Below are positions 37,399-46,398 of a stretch of DNA of 64,000 nt, piece by piece. Every line of letters begins with the position of its first letter. The stretch's first letter is position 1. The notes beneath the pieces are model-generated. The model did no database searches, was not told where the DNA came from, and worked only from the letters and a program-made list of their open reading frames with translations. Location: contig CAYXNP010000002.1 of the NCBI GenBank assembly GCA_964466575.1, forward strand, positions 30,913 through 94,912. Reading direction: 5' to 3'. Position numbers and translations under genes: made by a program. The DNA comes from Candidatus Woesearchaeota archaeon (GTDB lineage: Archaea; Nanobdellota; Nanobdellia; Pacearchaeales; GW2011-AR1).

Positions 37399-38835
37399 CT
37401 AATATTTTCGTCTTGGTTTCTGGCTAAAATTATTTTGCCTTGAATTTCCTCTTCCTTGAAAATTTCCCCTCGATGGTCCCTGATTAGATTGATTACTTCC
37501 TTGATATCCTTTACTAGATTGGTTTCCTCTTGAATATCCACCAGATGATTGATTACTTCTTGGTGCCCTTGAATATCCTCTGCTGCTTCCAGAATTTCCT
37601 CGTGACTGAAAGTTTCCTCTCGATTGTCCTCTGCTATTTCCTCTAAATTGAAAATTTCCTCTCGACTGATTTCCCCTTTGAGAAAAACCCCTTCCTTTTC
37701 TTATTAATTCTGTATTAACTCTAATCATATCGAATTTGTGAAGCTTGACTTCTTTTATTTTAATATGTTCGTCTTCGAGGATTTTGTTGAAGTTGTCGTA
37801 ATCGCGGTTTGATAAAAGACTTATTGCTATTCCTTCTTCGCCTGCTCTTGCTGTTCTGCCTATTCTGTGAATGTATTCGTCGCTTGTTTTTGGCAAATCG
37901 TAATTGTAAACATGGCTCACGCCTTTTATGTCGAGTCCTCTTGCAGCGACGTCTGTGCAAACCAAAACTGTTACACCCTTTCCGTGGAATTCACTTAAAA
38001 CTCTTAATCGCTTTTTTTGCTCCATTCCGCCGTGAATTGCCTTCGCTGTTATTCTATTTAGATTTAAATTATTTGCGACGAAATCAGCGTTGTTTCTTGT
38101 GCTGCAAAAAACCATTACTAAATCTGAAACTTCTTCTCTCAATAAATGAACTAATAAAGAAAATTTCATGTGGCTCTCGACGTTGTAAAAAATTTGTTTT
38201 AGCTTTGCCGGGTCAACGTGCGATTTGACTGCGACTTCAGCTGGATTTTTTGTGTGCTTTTTTGCTAAATGGTCGATGTTCGGAGAAATTGTAGCAGAGA
38301 ACATCATAGTTTGTCTTTTTTGCGGGCATTGCGAAATTATTTTTTCCACGTCTTTATGGAATCCCATGTCAAACATTCTGTCTACTTCGTCTAATACTAA
38401 AAATTTAACATTGCTTAAATTTAAACTGCCTCTTTGCATATGGTCTAATATTCTTCCAGGAGTTCCGACAATGACATCTGTTTGAGGGATTCTTCTTGTT
38501 TGATTTTGCATGTCGACGCCGCCATAAATTGCCAAGAAATTCAGAGGTTTATTTTTAGAGAATTGTTTTATTGAAGCTAAAACTTGTTCGGCGAGTTCTC
38601 TAGTTGGAGTTAAGATTAGCGCTTGAACTTTATTGTTTGGTTTTAGGTTCTCAATTATCGGAACCGAGAATACTAAAGTTTTTCCGCTTCCCGTCGCTGA
38701 ACCGCCAATTATATCTTTTCCAGCTAGCGCTAAGGGAATGGCTTTTTCCTGAATCTCGGTTGGTTCATCAAATCCAAGACTCTGCAAGACATCCAAAATA
38801 TTCTTACTTAATCCAAGTTCCTTAAAGTTTTTCAT
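37399..38835 (-). CDS. DEAD-box RNA helicase with an RG/Q/S-rich tail
   Basis: Q motif, ATGSGKT, PTRELA, DEVD, SAT, HRIGRTAR; ATG at 38835. Confidence 0.95.
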   Translation of the reverse strand: MKNFKELGLSKNILDVLQSLGFDEPTEIQEKAIPLALAGKDIIGGSATGSGKTLVFSVPIIENLKPNNKVQALILTPTRELAEQVLASIKQFSKNKPLNFLAIYGGVDMQNQTRRIPQTDVIVGTPGRILDHMQRGSLNLSNVKFLVLDEVDRMFDMGFHKDVEKIISQCPQKRQTMMFSATISPNIDHLAKKHTKNPAEVAVKSHVDPAKLKQIFYNVESHMKFSLLVHLLREEVSDLVMVFCSTRNNADFVANNLNLNRITAKAIHGGMEQKKRLRVLSEFHGKGVTVLVCTDVAARGLDIKGVSHVYNYDLPKTSDEYIHRIGRTARAGEEGIAISLLSNRDYDNFNKILEDEHIKIKEVKLHKFDMIRVNTELIRKGRGFSQRGNQSRGNFQFRGNSRGQSRGNFQSRGNSGSSRGYSRAPRSNQSSGGYSRGNQSSKGYQGSNQSNQGPSRGNFQGRGNSRQNNFSQKPRRKY

Positions 38836-38980
38836 TTCAAGAAATAAATTCCTGAGCTGCAAGTCTTTTGAACATATAGCTCAAGACTTAAACTATAATT
38901 AAATCATATTTTTAGTTTATAAAAGTTTGTATTAAGATTGACAGATAGAAATACATGCTGTAGTAAACTGAAAATTAGTT

Positions 38981-38996
38981 CGCTCATTTCATTCGC
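38981..38996 (-). repeat. Intergenic REP-like motif GCGAATGAAATGAGCG (copy 2)
   Basis: Reverse complement of CGCTCATTTCATTCGC matches 24879-24894. Confidence 0.7.
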
Positions 38997-39082
38997 TCAA
39001 ATCCAATTACATTAATCCAGATTTATCAATTATAGCCATTATCAAGATTGAATCCAATTAACTTTTGGTTCTTGATTATGAA

Positions 39083-40201
39083 TTATATCTCTTTAATCAA
39101 CTCTTCCATTATTTTATCTTCGTTGAATTTCTCAACTGTCTTCGCAACTTGAATTTTATTCCACTTCTTCTTTATTGCTTGTTCAATTTTAAATGCGAGG
39201 TCGCTGATATCATAGGGTTTTGCGAGATAGCCATTTTTATCTTCGACAATTATTTCTTCTGGGCCACCGCCATCTTTCCAAGATATTCCGGGAGTTCCAC
39301 AAGCAATTGACTCGACAAGAGAAAGACCAAATCCTTCTTTAGGGCAGAGTGAGATTGTTGCTTTTGCAGTATTGTATAACCTGATTAATTCTTGTTTATC
39401 TACTAATCCTAAAAACGAGAGGTTAACATTAAGTTTTTTAGCGAGTTCTGTGAATTCTGATTTTAATGATTGTTCGCATTCACCTGCGATTACTAATTTT
39501 GGTTTGTTTTTTATTTTACTTAATGCTTGAATTAACCAATCCAATCTTTTTTGTTTAACAACTCTGCCTGAACTTAAAACAAAGTTTGATTTTTCGTTGT
39601 ATTTTTTTATTTTGAATTCGGCGTTTAATGGTGGGTAAATAACTTTAGAATCAATATGATAAACTTCCTTAATATCTTTTTGAACTGATTTACTCGCTGT
39701 AAAATATTTGTTTGCGTTTTTTATACATTTTTGGTCTAATTTTTTGAAGGGTTTATTAAATATTTTTTTAACTATAAAATATGCAATTAGTCTTTTGAAA
39801 TCGTTTTTAGCCCAATTTAGGTCTGCATTGTAAATGAATTTTGGAAGATGGTGTAAATGAAGAATATATGGAATTTTGAACTTTTTTTTAATTCTGTAAG
39901 CTACATACGATGATGGAAATGAGTGACATATTATTAAATCGAAATTTTTGAACTGGTTTATTATCCTGTTTCGGAAAATTGTTGAAGAAATTTGAACTGC
40001 TTCTAGTTTTATTGGGAGTTTTCCATATTCTATTACATTATATTTTGATAGTTTTTCTTTTTTTAATTTCTCGTCGACAAATGCGAATGCGAATGTTACA
40101 TTACAACCTTTTGCTTTTAATGTCTTTGCTTGAAAAAGCATGACTTTTTCTAGACCGCCATGTTCTGAAAAAAAATCATACATTATTACTATTCTTTTCA
40201 T
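39083..40201 (-). CDS. GT4 glycosyltransferase
   Basis: GGLE, GRVVKQK, EGFGLSLVE. Confidence 0.9.
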   Translation of the reverse strand: MKRIVIMYDFFSEHGGLEKVMLFQAKTLKAKGCNVTFAFAFVDEKLKKEKLSKYNVIEYGKLPIKLEAVQISSTIFRNRIINQFKNFDLIICHSFPSSYVAYRIKKKFKIPYILHLHHLPKFIYNADLNWAKNDFKRLIAYFIVKKIFNKPFKKLDQKCIKNANKYFTASKSVQKDIKEVYHIDSKVIYPPLNAEFKIKKYNEKSNFVLSSGRVVKQKRLDWLIQALSKIKNKPKLVIAGECEQSLKSEFTELAKKLNVNLSFLGLVDKQELIRLYNTAKATISLCPKEGFGLSLVESIACGTPGISWKDGGGPEEIIVEDKNGYLAKPYDISDLAFKIEQAIKKKWNKIQVAKTVEKFNEDKIMEELIKEI

Positions 40202-40911
40202 TTTTTAACTAAACCAATTCTGTGCTTTAATATTAATCCAATCATGCTCAATCCAATAACAAAAGTTCGTTTGAAGTCGCCTGTTGCAGAAGACACTCCG
40301 ACTCTTCTGAGATAATTTACAGGAATTTCAATAAAAGGAATTCTGTTTCTAATAATTTGGAGCATCATGTCTGGGTTGAATTCCATTCCAGTTATTATGA
40401 ATTTGTATTTGATTTTTTCGTATGCTTTTCTATTGATTAGCCTATAAGAACATCCGACATCAGATAAGAAACTCGTACCGAAAAGAATCTCAACAAATTT
40501 TGCGACTGCAAAATTTCCCCATTTTAAAAACCAGCCCATGTTTGCGCCAGAGCCAATCATTATTGACGTTGTTCTTGTGCCGAAGACTACGTCGAAATTG
40601 TCAGAGTATGCTAAGAATTTTACAACGTCATTTGGGTCAAAGGTGCCGTCTGGTTCTGACATTATAATTAAGTCGCCCTTTGATTCGTGTAATGCTCTGC
40701 GATAACCCCAACCAAAGCCCTGTTTTGACTCGAGAAAGTATTTGGCTTTTGTTTTAAGGATTTCTTCTTTTGTTCCTTTAGCAGCATTATTATCTACGGC
40801 AATTACTTCATCAACATAGCCTGTTTTAAATAAACCATCGATGAATTCTTTTATAGAATCTTTTTCATTATATGTTGAGAACACAACTGAAACTTTCTTT
40901 TTTTTCCACAT
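40198..40911 (-). CDS. GT2 (Dol-P-sugar synthase-like) glycosyltransferase
   Basis: TYNE, VDN, EPDGT, SDVGC. Confidence 0.85.
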   Translation of the reverse strand: MWKKKKVSVVFSTYNEKDSIKEFIDGLFKTGYVDEVIAVDNNAAKGTKEEILKTKAKYFLESKQGFGWGYRRALHESKGDLIIMSEPDGTFDPNDVVKFLAYSDNFDVVFGTRTTSIMIGSGANMGWFLKWGNFAVAKFVEILFGTSFLSDVGCSYRLINRKAYEKIKYKFIITGMEFNPDMMLQIIRNRIPFIEIPVNYLRRVGVSSATGDFKRTFVIGLSMIGLILKHRIGLVKK

Positions 40912-41117
40912 ATAATTGCCTCATTTTAACAATTTATATAATTAATTATGATGGAAATATATTGGCTACGAATCGGGCTTAGCCACTATTCTTCGCTAAG
41001 GAATATTTAAGGAAGAATACCTGATAAATTTGTGATGAGTATAAGTGCAGTAATTGGATAGTTTAGAGATTGTGGTGGGAGTACATATCAAAAGTGAGAG
41101 TGTGGTTAAGTATTTAT

Positions 41118-42797
41118 TTAACTTCTATGGTAAATGTAAAACTCGCCGATTATTTTTTCTAATTCAAAACCCTGTAATTCGTCTTTGTTAACTTCATAGT
41201 ATTTTACAACATAATCAACTTTTTCTAAATCTTGTTCAGAGACTGAAGGAGAGTATAATCCGGAATAAATTCCGGCTGGCCAGAAAAAGTTATCATTCAT
41301 TTCACGATTTTGCAGGCTCTTAGTGAAGTATTTGTTTAAGTATGAAACAGAAAAATCTAATTTTGGTTTATTATTATCATTGTTATAGAATTTCCTTTGA
41401 GTGTAATGCCCCATTGCATTTGGCAGCATTACAACTGAATCAGCGTCGGTGTTATCGTAAATGTATAATCCTGTTTCTTTTATATGAGCTTTGTGTGTTA
41501 GAAATTTTATGTCGAAATAAAGATTGTAACTTAATAAGAGCGCAATTAAGATTATAATTAATATTCTTCTTGATTTTTTGTAAAAGAATACGAAAAGTAT
41601 TGGTACTGATGCGAGTATATTAAATAAAAAGTCTGGAAGATTTGTAGCTTGAATTAAGCCCTTGCTGTTGTAAATTGTTAGCTGTGGATTAAGAAGTAAT
41701 AAAATAATTATTGAAATAAGAAAACTGATTATAAAGAGGAAAACTTCTTTTTTTGTAAATTTGCTTGGTGATAGATTTTCATAGATTAAAATTCCTATTA
41801 AAATGGAAATCCCTGGAGAAATAGTTAAGAAATACCTTGGATAACCAAACGCCGGACGTGGAAGGAATAAAAAGAAAATTAAGATAACTAAAATGTAAAT
41901 TGAAAGAATTTTAATTATTTTGCTTTTCTTAGGAAGAAGAAAGAAAGATAGTATTATGAGGATTGTTGCGGGAAAAGTGAATAACCTTATGAATTGCGAG
42001 ATGTTTAGTAAAAAACTAGGAATGTAAATTGATAAATTTGAGATTTGTTCGCTGCCTAGGCTTGCGTTATGCGAGAAGAAATAAAAAAATGTTCCAGGTT
42101 CAATAAGAGAGCTGTAAATAAACCATGTTACAAAAAAACAAATTCCTGAAATTACACCGACGATAAAATAATTCTTGAAATCTTTTCGTAAATCTTTGTT
42201 AACTAAAAAATAAACTCCAATTCCAATGAAAACTAAAAATGCCATAGGATAACGGTTCCATATTGCGAAAAATAGTGAAATTGTGCTAATGACAAGAAAT
42301 ATATTTTTGTGAGATTTGGTGTATTTTAATATTGAATAAATGAATAAAAATATGAAAAAAGTTGAGAGCATGTCAATGTCAATAAGTATTGATGAAGACA
42401 AAATATAATAATTTATTAAAAAGAAGATAGAAGATATAATCCCAATTGTTTTTCCTTTTTTGTTTCCTATTAAATCTTTGCAAAATAAATAAATTAAGAA
42501 TGTTGTTAGAAATGAGAAAATTACATTAATTAATCTTGCAGAAATCTCATTTTCAGCAATCAAAAACATGAATGCAATTAAATAAATATACATTGGAGGG
42601 TGCCAAAGACCTAATTTATTAGGGTGTTGTTCTGATTGATAAAATATTGGGTGGCCGGTATTTTTAATTGCCGACGCTGAACGTGTAAATTCTGTCTCTT
42701 CTGCAGTATAATCATTGTTCAATGAAATAATTCTTGCGAAAATCCCGAATAAGATTAAAACTACGATTAATATAAAAAATATTTTCTTTTGATTCAT
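41118..42797 (-). CDS. GT-C fold membrane glycosyltransferase (PMT_2/ArnT-like)
   Basis: AEE after TM1, HPPMY, PRY loop, many TMs. Confidence 0.8.
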   Translation of the reverse strand: MNQKKIFFILIVVLILFGIFARIISLNNDYTAEETEFTRSASAIKNTGHPIFYQSEQHPNKLGLWHPPMYIYLIAFMFLIAENEISARLINVIFSFLTTFLIYLFCKDLIGNKKGKTIGIISSIFFLINYYILSSSILIDIDMLSTFFIFLFIYSILKYTKSHKNIFLVISTISLFFAIWNRYPMAFLVFIGIGVYFLVNKDLRKDFKNYFIVGVISGICFFVTWFIYSSLIEPGTFFYFFSHNASLGSEQISNLSIYIPSFLLNISQFIRLFTFPATILIILSFFLLPKKSKIIKILSIYILVILIFFLFLPRPAFGYPRYFLTISPGISILIGILIYENLSPSKFTKKEVFLFIISFLISIIILLLLNPQLTIYNSKGLIQATNLPDFLFNILASVPILFVFFYKKSRRILIIILIALLLSYNLYFDIKFLTHKAHIKETGLYIYDNTDADSVVMLPNAMGHYTQRKFYNNDNNKPKLDFSVSYLNKYFTKSLQNREMNDNFFWPAGIYSGLYSPSVSEQDLEKVDYVVKYYEVNKDELQGFELEKIIGEFYIYHRS

Positions 42798-43339
42798 TTT
42801 AAAACCTCTAACTCAATATAAATCTCATAGATTGGAAAAACCCAACAAAAAAACCGTTCATATATTTTTTGATTTATATTTACTAAACTATTAAGTATAT
42901 TGTTTACTGAAATTAAAACTGGCTTAAATCTTCCCTTTAAAAATTGCCGCCCGATAAAATTTGGTTCTCTTTTTAAAATTTTAAATTGCGGGAGCTGATA
43001 AAAACTTTTTTCAGTAAAATAATCAAAGGTAAATAGACTAAATCCTCTGTGTTTGTGGGTTGGATCCCTATATGCATTCCCGCAGGAAAAATGGGGTAAA
43101 ATTATTTTTAACCGCGCATTGTTTTTACAAATTCTTCTTAATTCGGTCATAACTTTTACTAAATCGGTCAAATGTTCCAGTGTATGCGAAGTATAAACCT
43201 CGTCGAAAGTATTGTCTTTAAAAGGCCAGGGGAATTTTTCTAAATCATGAATTACATCGACGCCATCTAATTTCATTGCATCTAAATTAACATAGTCTTT
43301 CAGTATATTTTGTCCGCATCCTAAATTCAATTTTTTCAT
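42794..43339 (-). CDS. Class I SAM methyltransferase (Methyltransf_11-like)
   Basis: LNLGCG, HTLEHL, DPTH. Confidence 0.85.
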   Translation of the reverse strand: MKKLNLGCGQNILKDYVNLDAMKLDGVDVIHDLEKFPWPFKDNTFDEVYTSHTLEHLTDLVKVMTELRRICKNNARLKIILPHFSCGNAYRDPTHKHRGFSLFTFDYFTEKSFYQLPQFKILKREPNFIGRQFLKGRFKPVLISVNNILNSLVNINQKIYERFFCWVFPIYEIYIELEVLK

Positions 43340-44148
43340 TTTTTTCTTAATATTTTATCTGCAATTTTTAAAATAAATTTCAACGGCCTTAAAACTGGTT
43401 CAAATGGAGAATAAACTAATCTTAATCTAAGAATACCTGAAAACATTTGAATTGGAACTTTTGTTAAATTTACTTTTGAATCTTGTTTGTCTTCCCAGAT
43501 TGTTGGAAATTCTTTTATTTTTAAATTAAATCTTCTTGCAAGATATAACAAATTAACATCAAAAGCCCATTCTGTTAATCTTAATTCAGGAGTTATCTTT
43601 TCAATTACTCTTTTTTTGAATAATTTGGCGCCGCATTGTGTGTCTCTGTAATTGAAAAAGAACATTGTTCTAACAAGAATATTAAACCCTCTGCTAACAA
43701 ATCTTCTTAAAAGAGTTTGTTTTGTTTTGATAACACTTTGTTTTAACCATCTGCTTGCGATTATTCCATCATAATGCTTAATGTTTTTTACTAAATCAAA
43801 AAAAGCATTTGGGGGAGTTGCCATATCAGCGTCAACAAATCCTATTAAATGTTTATCTGATTTTGATTTTTCTAATATATTTTTGAATCCTTCTGTAATT
43901 GCGAATCCTTTTCCACCAGGTCTTAAATCCATAATAACTATTTCACTATATTTCTTCTTTACTTGTTTGGTTATTTCTAAAGTTCTATCGGTTGTGTTAT
44001 TCAAAACAACAACAATTTCAAAATCTGAGATTTCTTTTGTTTTAACTTTTAGTTTGAAAAAACTGCAATAGGATTCTAATGTGCCTCTAATTCTTTTTTC
44101 TTCGTTGTATGCAGGTATTACTATACTCAATTTATCGAAAGTAATCAT
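43336..44148 (-). CDS. GT2 dolichyl-phosphate glycosyltransferase
   Basis: IPAYNEE, GKG, DAD, DTQCG.K, FD. Confidence 0.9.
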   Translation of the reverse strand: MITFDKLSIVIPAYNEEKRIRGTLESYCSFFKLKVKTKEISDFEIVVVLNNTTDRTLEITKQVKKKYSEIVIMDLRPGGKGFAITEGFKNILEKSKSDKHLIGFVDADMATPPNAFFDLVKNIKHYDGIIASRWLKQSVIKTKQTLLRRFVSRGFNILVRTMFFFNYRDTQCGAKLFKKRVIEKITPELRLTEWAFDVNLLYLARRFNLKIKEFPTIWEDKQDSKVNLTKVPIQMFSGILRLRLVYSPFEPVLRPLKFILKIADKILRKK

Positions 44149-45374
44149 CGTTTTAAGAAAAAATAGCTGCCTATAAACATTATTATGTTAGAAACCATAA
44201 ATGAGGTAATATATTGTAAAATAGTGTCATGGAATAAAGAAAGTAAAACGACTTCAATTACAACAAAGATAAATAGAAACCGGGTTTTTCTGAGTTTGTC
44301 TGTTGATAGTCCATAAATTAATACTAAATTGGTTAATGATAAAAAGCTTAGAGCGATTGCAGAGTAAACTAAATAGGGAGCCATTTCTAAATAAACACTT
44401 CCAAATAAAATGCTAATTATTAATTTAGGAAACATTGCGTAAACTAAAACTGAAATAACACATATTATAATTATTAAAATTAATGATTTATAGAATAGAC
44501 CAGATGAATTTTGATTAGTTTCTTTTCTCTCCGAGGTTAATGGAAACATTGCTTTGCTAATTCCAAAAGTGCCGAGATAAATCATTTTTCCCAGCATTGA
44601 TAACACGGCGTATTTTCCTGCTAATTCTGGCGCGAAGAATCTTTTCGCGAGGATTATATCTAAACTAAATACCAATAAAATTGCAAGCATAACCAAGAAA
44701 TATGGTATGCCCATCGAATAGGCTTTTGGAAAAGAAACTTTTTTTTCTTTTTCTGAAAGAATATCTCTGCTAAAATATAGGGAAAAAATAAATCCTGCAA
44801 AAACACCTAATAAAACCCCAATCATTGCTCCAAAAACTTTGAATCCAAAGAGAACCAAAGAAATTGCAAAAAATAATTTTAAACACGATTCAATAATCAT
44901 GCTGTTTCCCAACGAAATGAACTTTTTTCTTCCTTGTAATACTCCTCTTGCAACAGGGCTTGAGAAAGAAATGAAAACTATTAAGTTTGTTAATAAAATT
45001 AACCAAAAGTTAATTCTTAAAAAGTATGATAAGAAAATTGAAATGATTATTGAAAAAAGGAAGATTATTATTGCAATTTTAAATCCTTTTTTTAATGATT
45101 TATTTATTAAGAATTTTATCTTTTTATTCTCATGTTTAACATTAAGTTTAGAAGTCAGTTTAGTTATTATATTTTGAATTGCTTCTGTTGGGATGCCATA
45201 AATGTAAATTATTGACATTAAAACCGCCAGGGTGCCGTATCCTTCAGGACCTAACATCCACTCGCGCGCCATAGCAAAATGGAAAAGATAATTCAGAACA
45301 TTAAAAATATTCATTGTGACAAATAAAATTATTGCGCCTTTTCCCAGTTCACTTGATAAATATTTTTTAAACAT
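44145..45374 (-). CDS. Oligosaccharide flippase (Wzx/MOP family)
   Basis: About 12 TMs, LGPEGYG, AGKY. Confidence 0.85.
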   Translation of the reverse strand: MFKKYLSSELGKGAIILFVTMNIFNVLNYLFHFAMAREWMLGPEGYGTLAVLMSIIYIYGIPTEAIQNIITKLTSKLNVKHENKKIKFLINKSLKKGFKIAIIIFLFSIIISIFLSYFLRINFWLILLTNLIVFISFSSPVARGVLQGRKKFISLGNSMIIESCLKLFFAISLVLFGFKVFGAMIGVLLGVFAGFIFSLYFSRDILSEKEKKVSFPKAYSMGIPYFLVMLAILLVFSLDIILAKRFFAPELAGKYAVLSMLGKMIYLGTFGISKAMFPLTSERKETNQNSSGLFYKSLILIIIICVISVLVYAMFPKLIISILFGSVYLEMAPYLVYSAIALSFLSLTNLVLIYGLSTDKLRKTRFLFIFVVIEVVLLSLFHDTILQYITSFMVSNIIMFIGSYFFLKR

Positions 45375-45375
45375 G

Positions 45376-46389
45376 TTAAGTGTAAATAAATTGTTTGAAT
45401 AGTAATAATGAAAGCAAAATAATAATTATCTGGAATAGGTTAATTAAATAGACAACATCTTTTTCGTAAACTTTATTTTTGAATTTTTTTAGAATTAATA
45501 TTGAAAGGTGTGTCAGGCTGTAGATTTTTTTATAAGGAAGCTCTAAACTGCCGTCAGGATTTGGAATTGCAAAAGAATGTTTTTTTAATCCTCCTCGGAG
45601 TTTTAATCCGGTTTCAATTATATATGGAATAAAAACAAATGCAGCGATTTTCTCGAAGTTTCCAAGAATTGCCATAATTGCGATAAAACCGCCAATTGGG
45701 TAGGTTAAAACATCTCCTGGAAAAACTAATGCTGGAAATTTATTGAAGATATAAAATCCTAAAAGTGCTGCAACCATACATAAACCAACAACTGCCAGCC
45801 ACGCTGTGCCTGTAATATATGAGATATAAGACAAAAATCCAATAATTAATATTCCTTGGCTTGTTTCCAAACCATTAAAACCTGCTAAAAAATTATACGT
45901 TGCTGTGGCGCCCATAATTCCTAATGGGATTAAAAATAAAGGGTACCAAATTCCCAAGTCTATGTTGCCTAATATAGGGAGATTAATTTTATGAACTCCT
46001 GCATTTATTACTACTAATGGAATTGATGCAAATAATATTAAAAATAATCTGAATCGTTTTGATAAGCCGTTATTTTTCCATCCAAGCAAATCGTCTGTTA
46101 ATCCAATTATTCCTAAAATTAAAATTGAAGTTAATAATGAGAAAATTTCTAAATTTGATTCAATGTTTTGAAATATAAAAGTCCTAAATGAAACATATAA
46201 TAAAACACCCAGGACAAATGAGATTATAACCATTATTCCGCCTGATGATGCAACGTTTTTAGGATGTGAAAATTTATTCATATCTTCCCATAACAATCCT
46301 GTAAAGTGGCATTTCTTAATCCATTTTGGAAGGAAAAAAATCACTAAAATCAAACTAATAAAAACAGGTATTAAAAGTATTAAATCCAT
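45376..46389 (-). CDS. UDP-GlcNAc:dolichol-P GlcNAc-1-P transferase (MraY/GPT family, AglH-like)
   Basis: GLTDD, NFLAGFNGLE, VFPGD. Confidence 0.88.
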   Translation of the reverse strand: MDLILLIPVFISLILVIFFLPKWIKKCHFTGLLWEDMNKFSHPKNVASSGGIMVIISFVLGVLLYVSFRTFIFQNIESNLEIFSLLTSILILGIIGLTDDLLGWKNNGLSKRFRLFLILFASIPLVVINAGVHKINLPILGNIDLGIWYPLFLIPLGIMGATATYNFLAGFNGLETSQGILIIGFLSYISYITGTAWLAVVGLCMVAALLGFYIFNKFPALVFPGDVLTYPIGGFIAIMAILGNFEKIAAFVFIPYIIETGLKLRGGLKKHSFAIPNPDGSLELPYKKIYSLTHLSILILKKFKNKVYEKDVVYLINLFQIIIILLSLLLFKQFIYT

Positions 46390-46398
46390 TTTCTGAAA

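Noticed and set aside
40948..41040. Box C/D sRNA (CTGA at 41021, GTGATGA at 41032)
   Set aside because: No terminal D box at the expected spacing.
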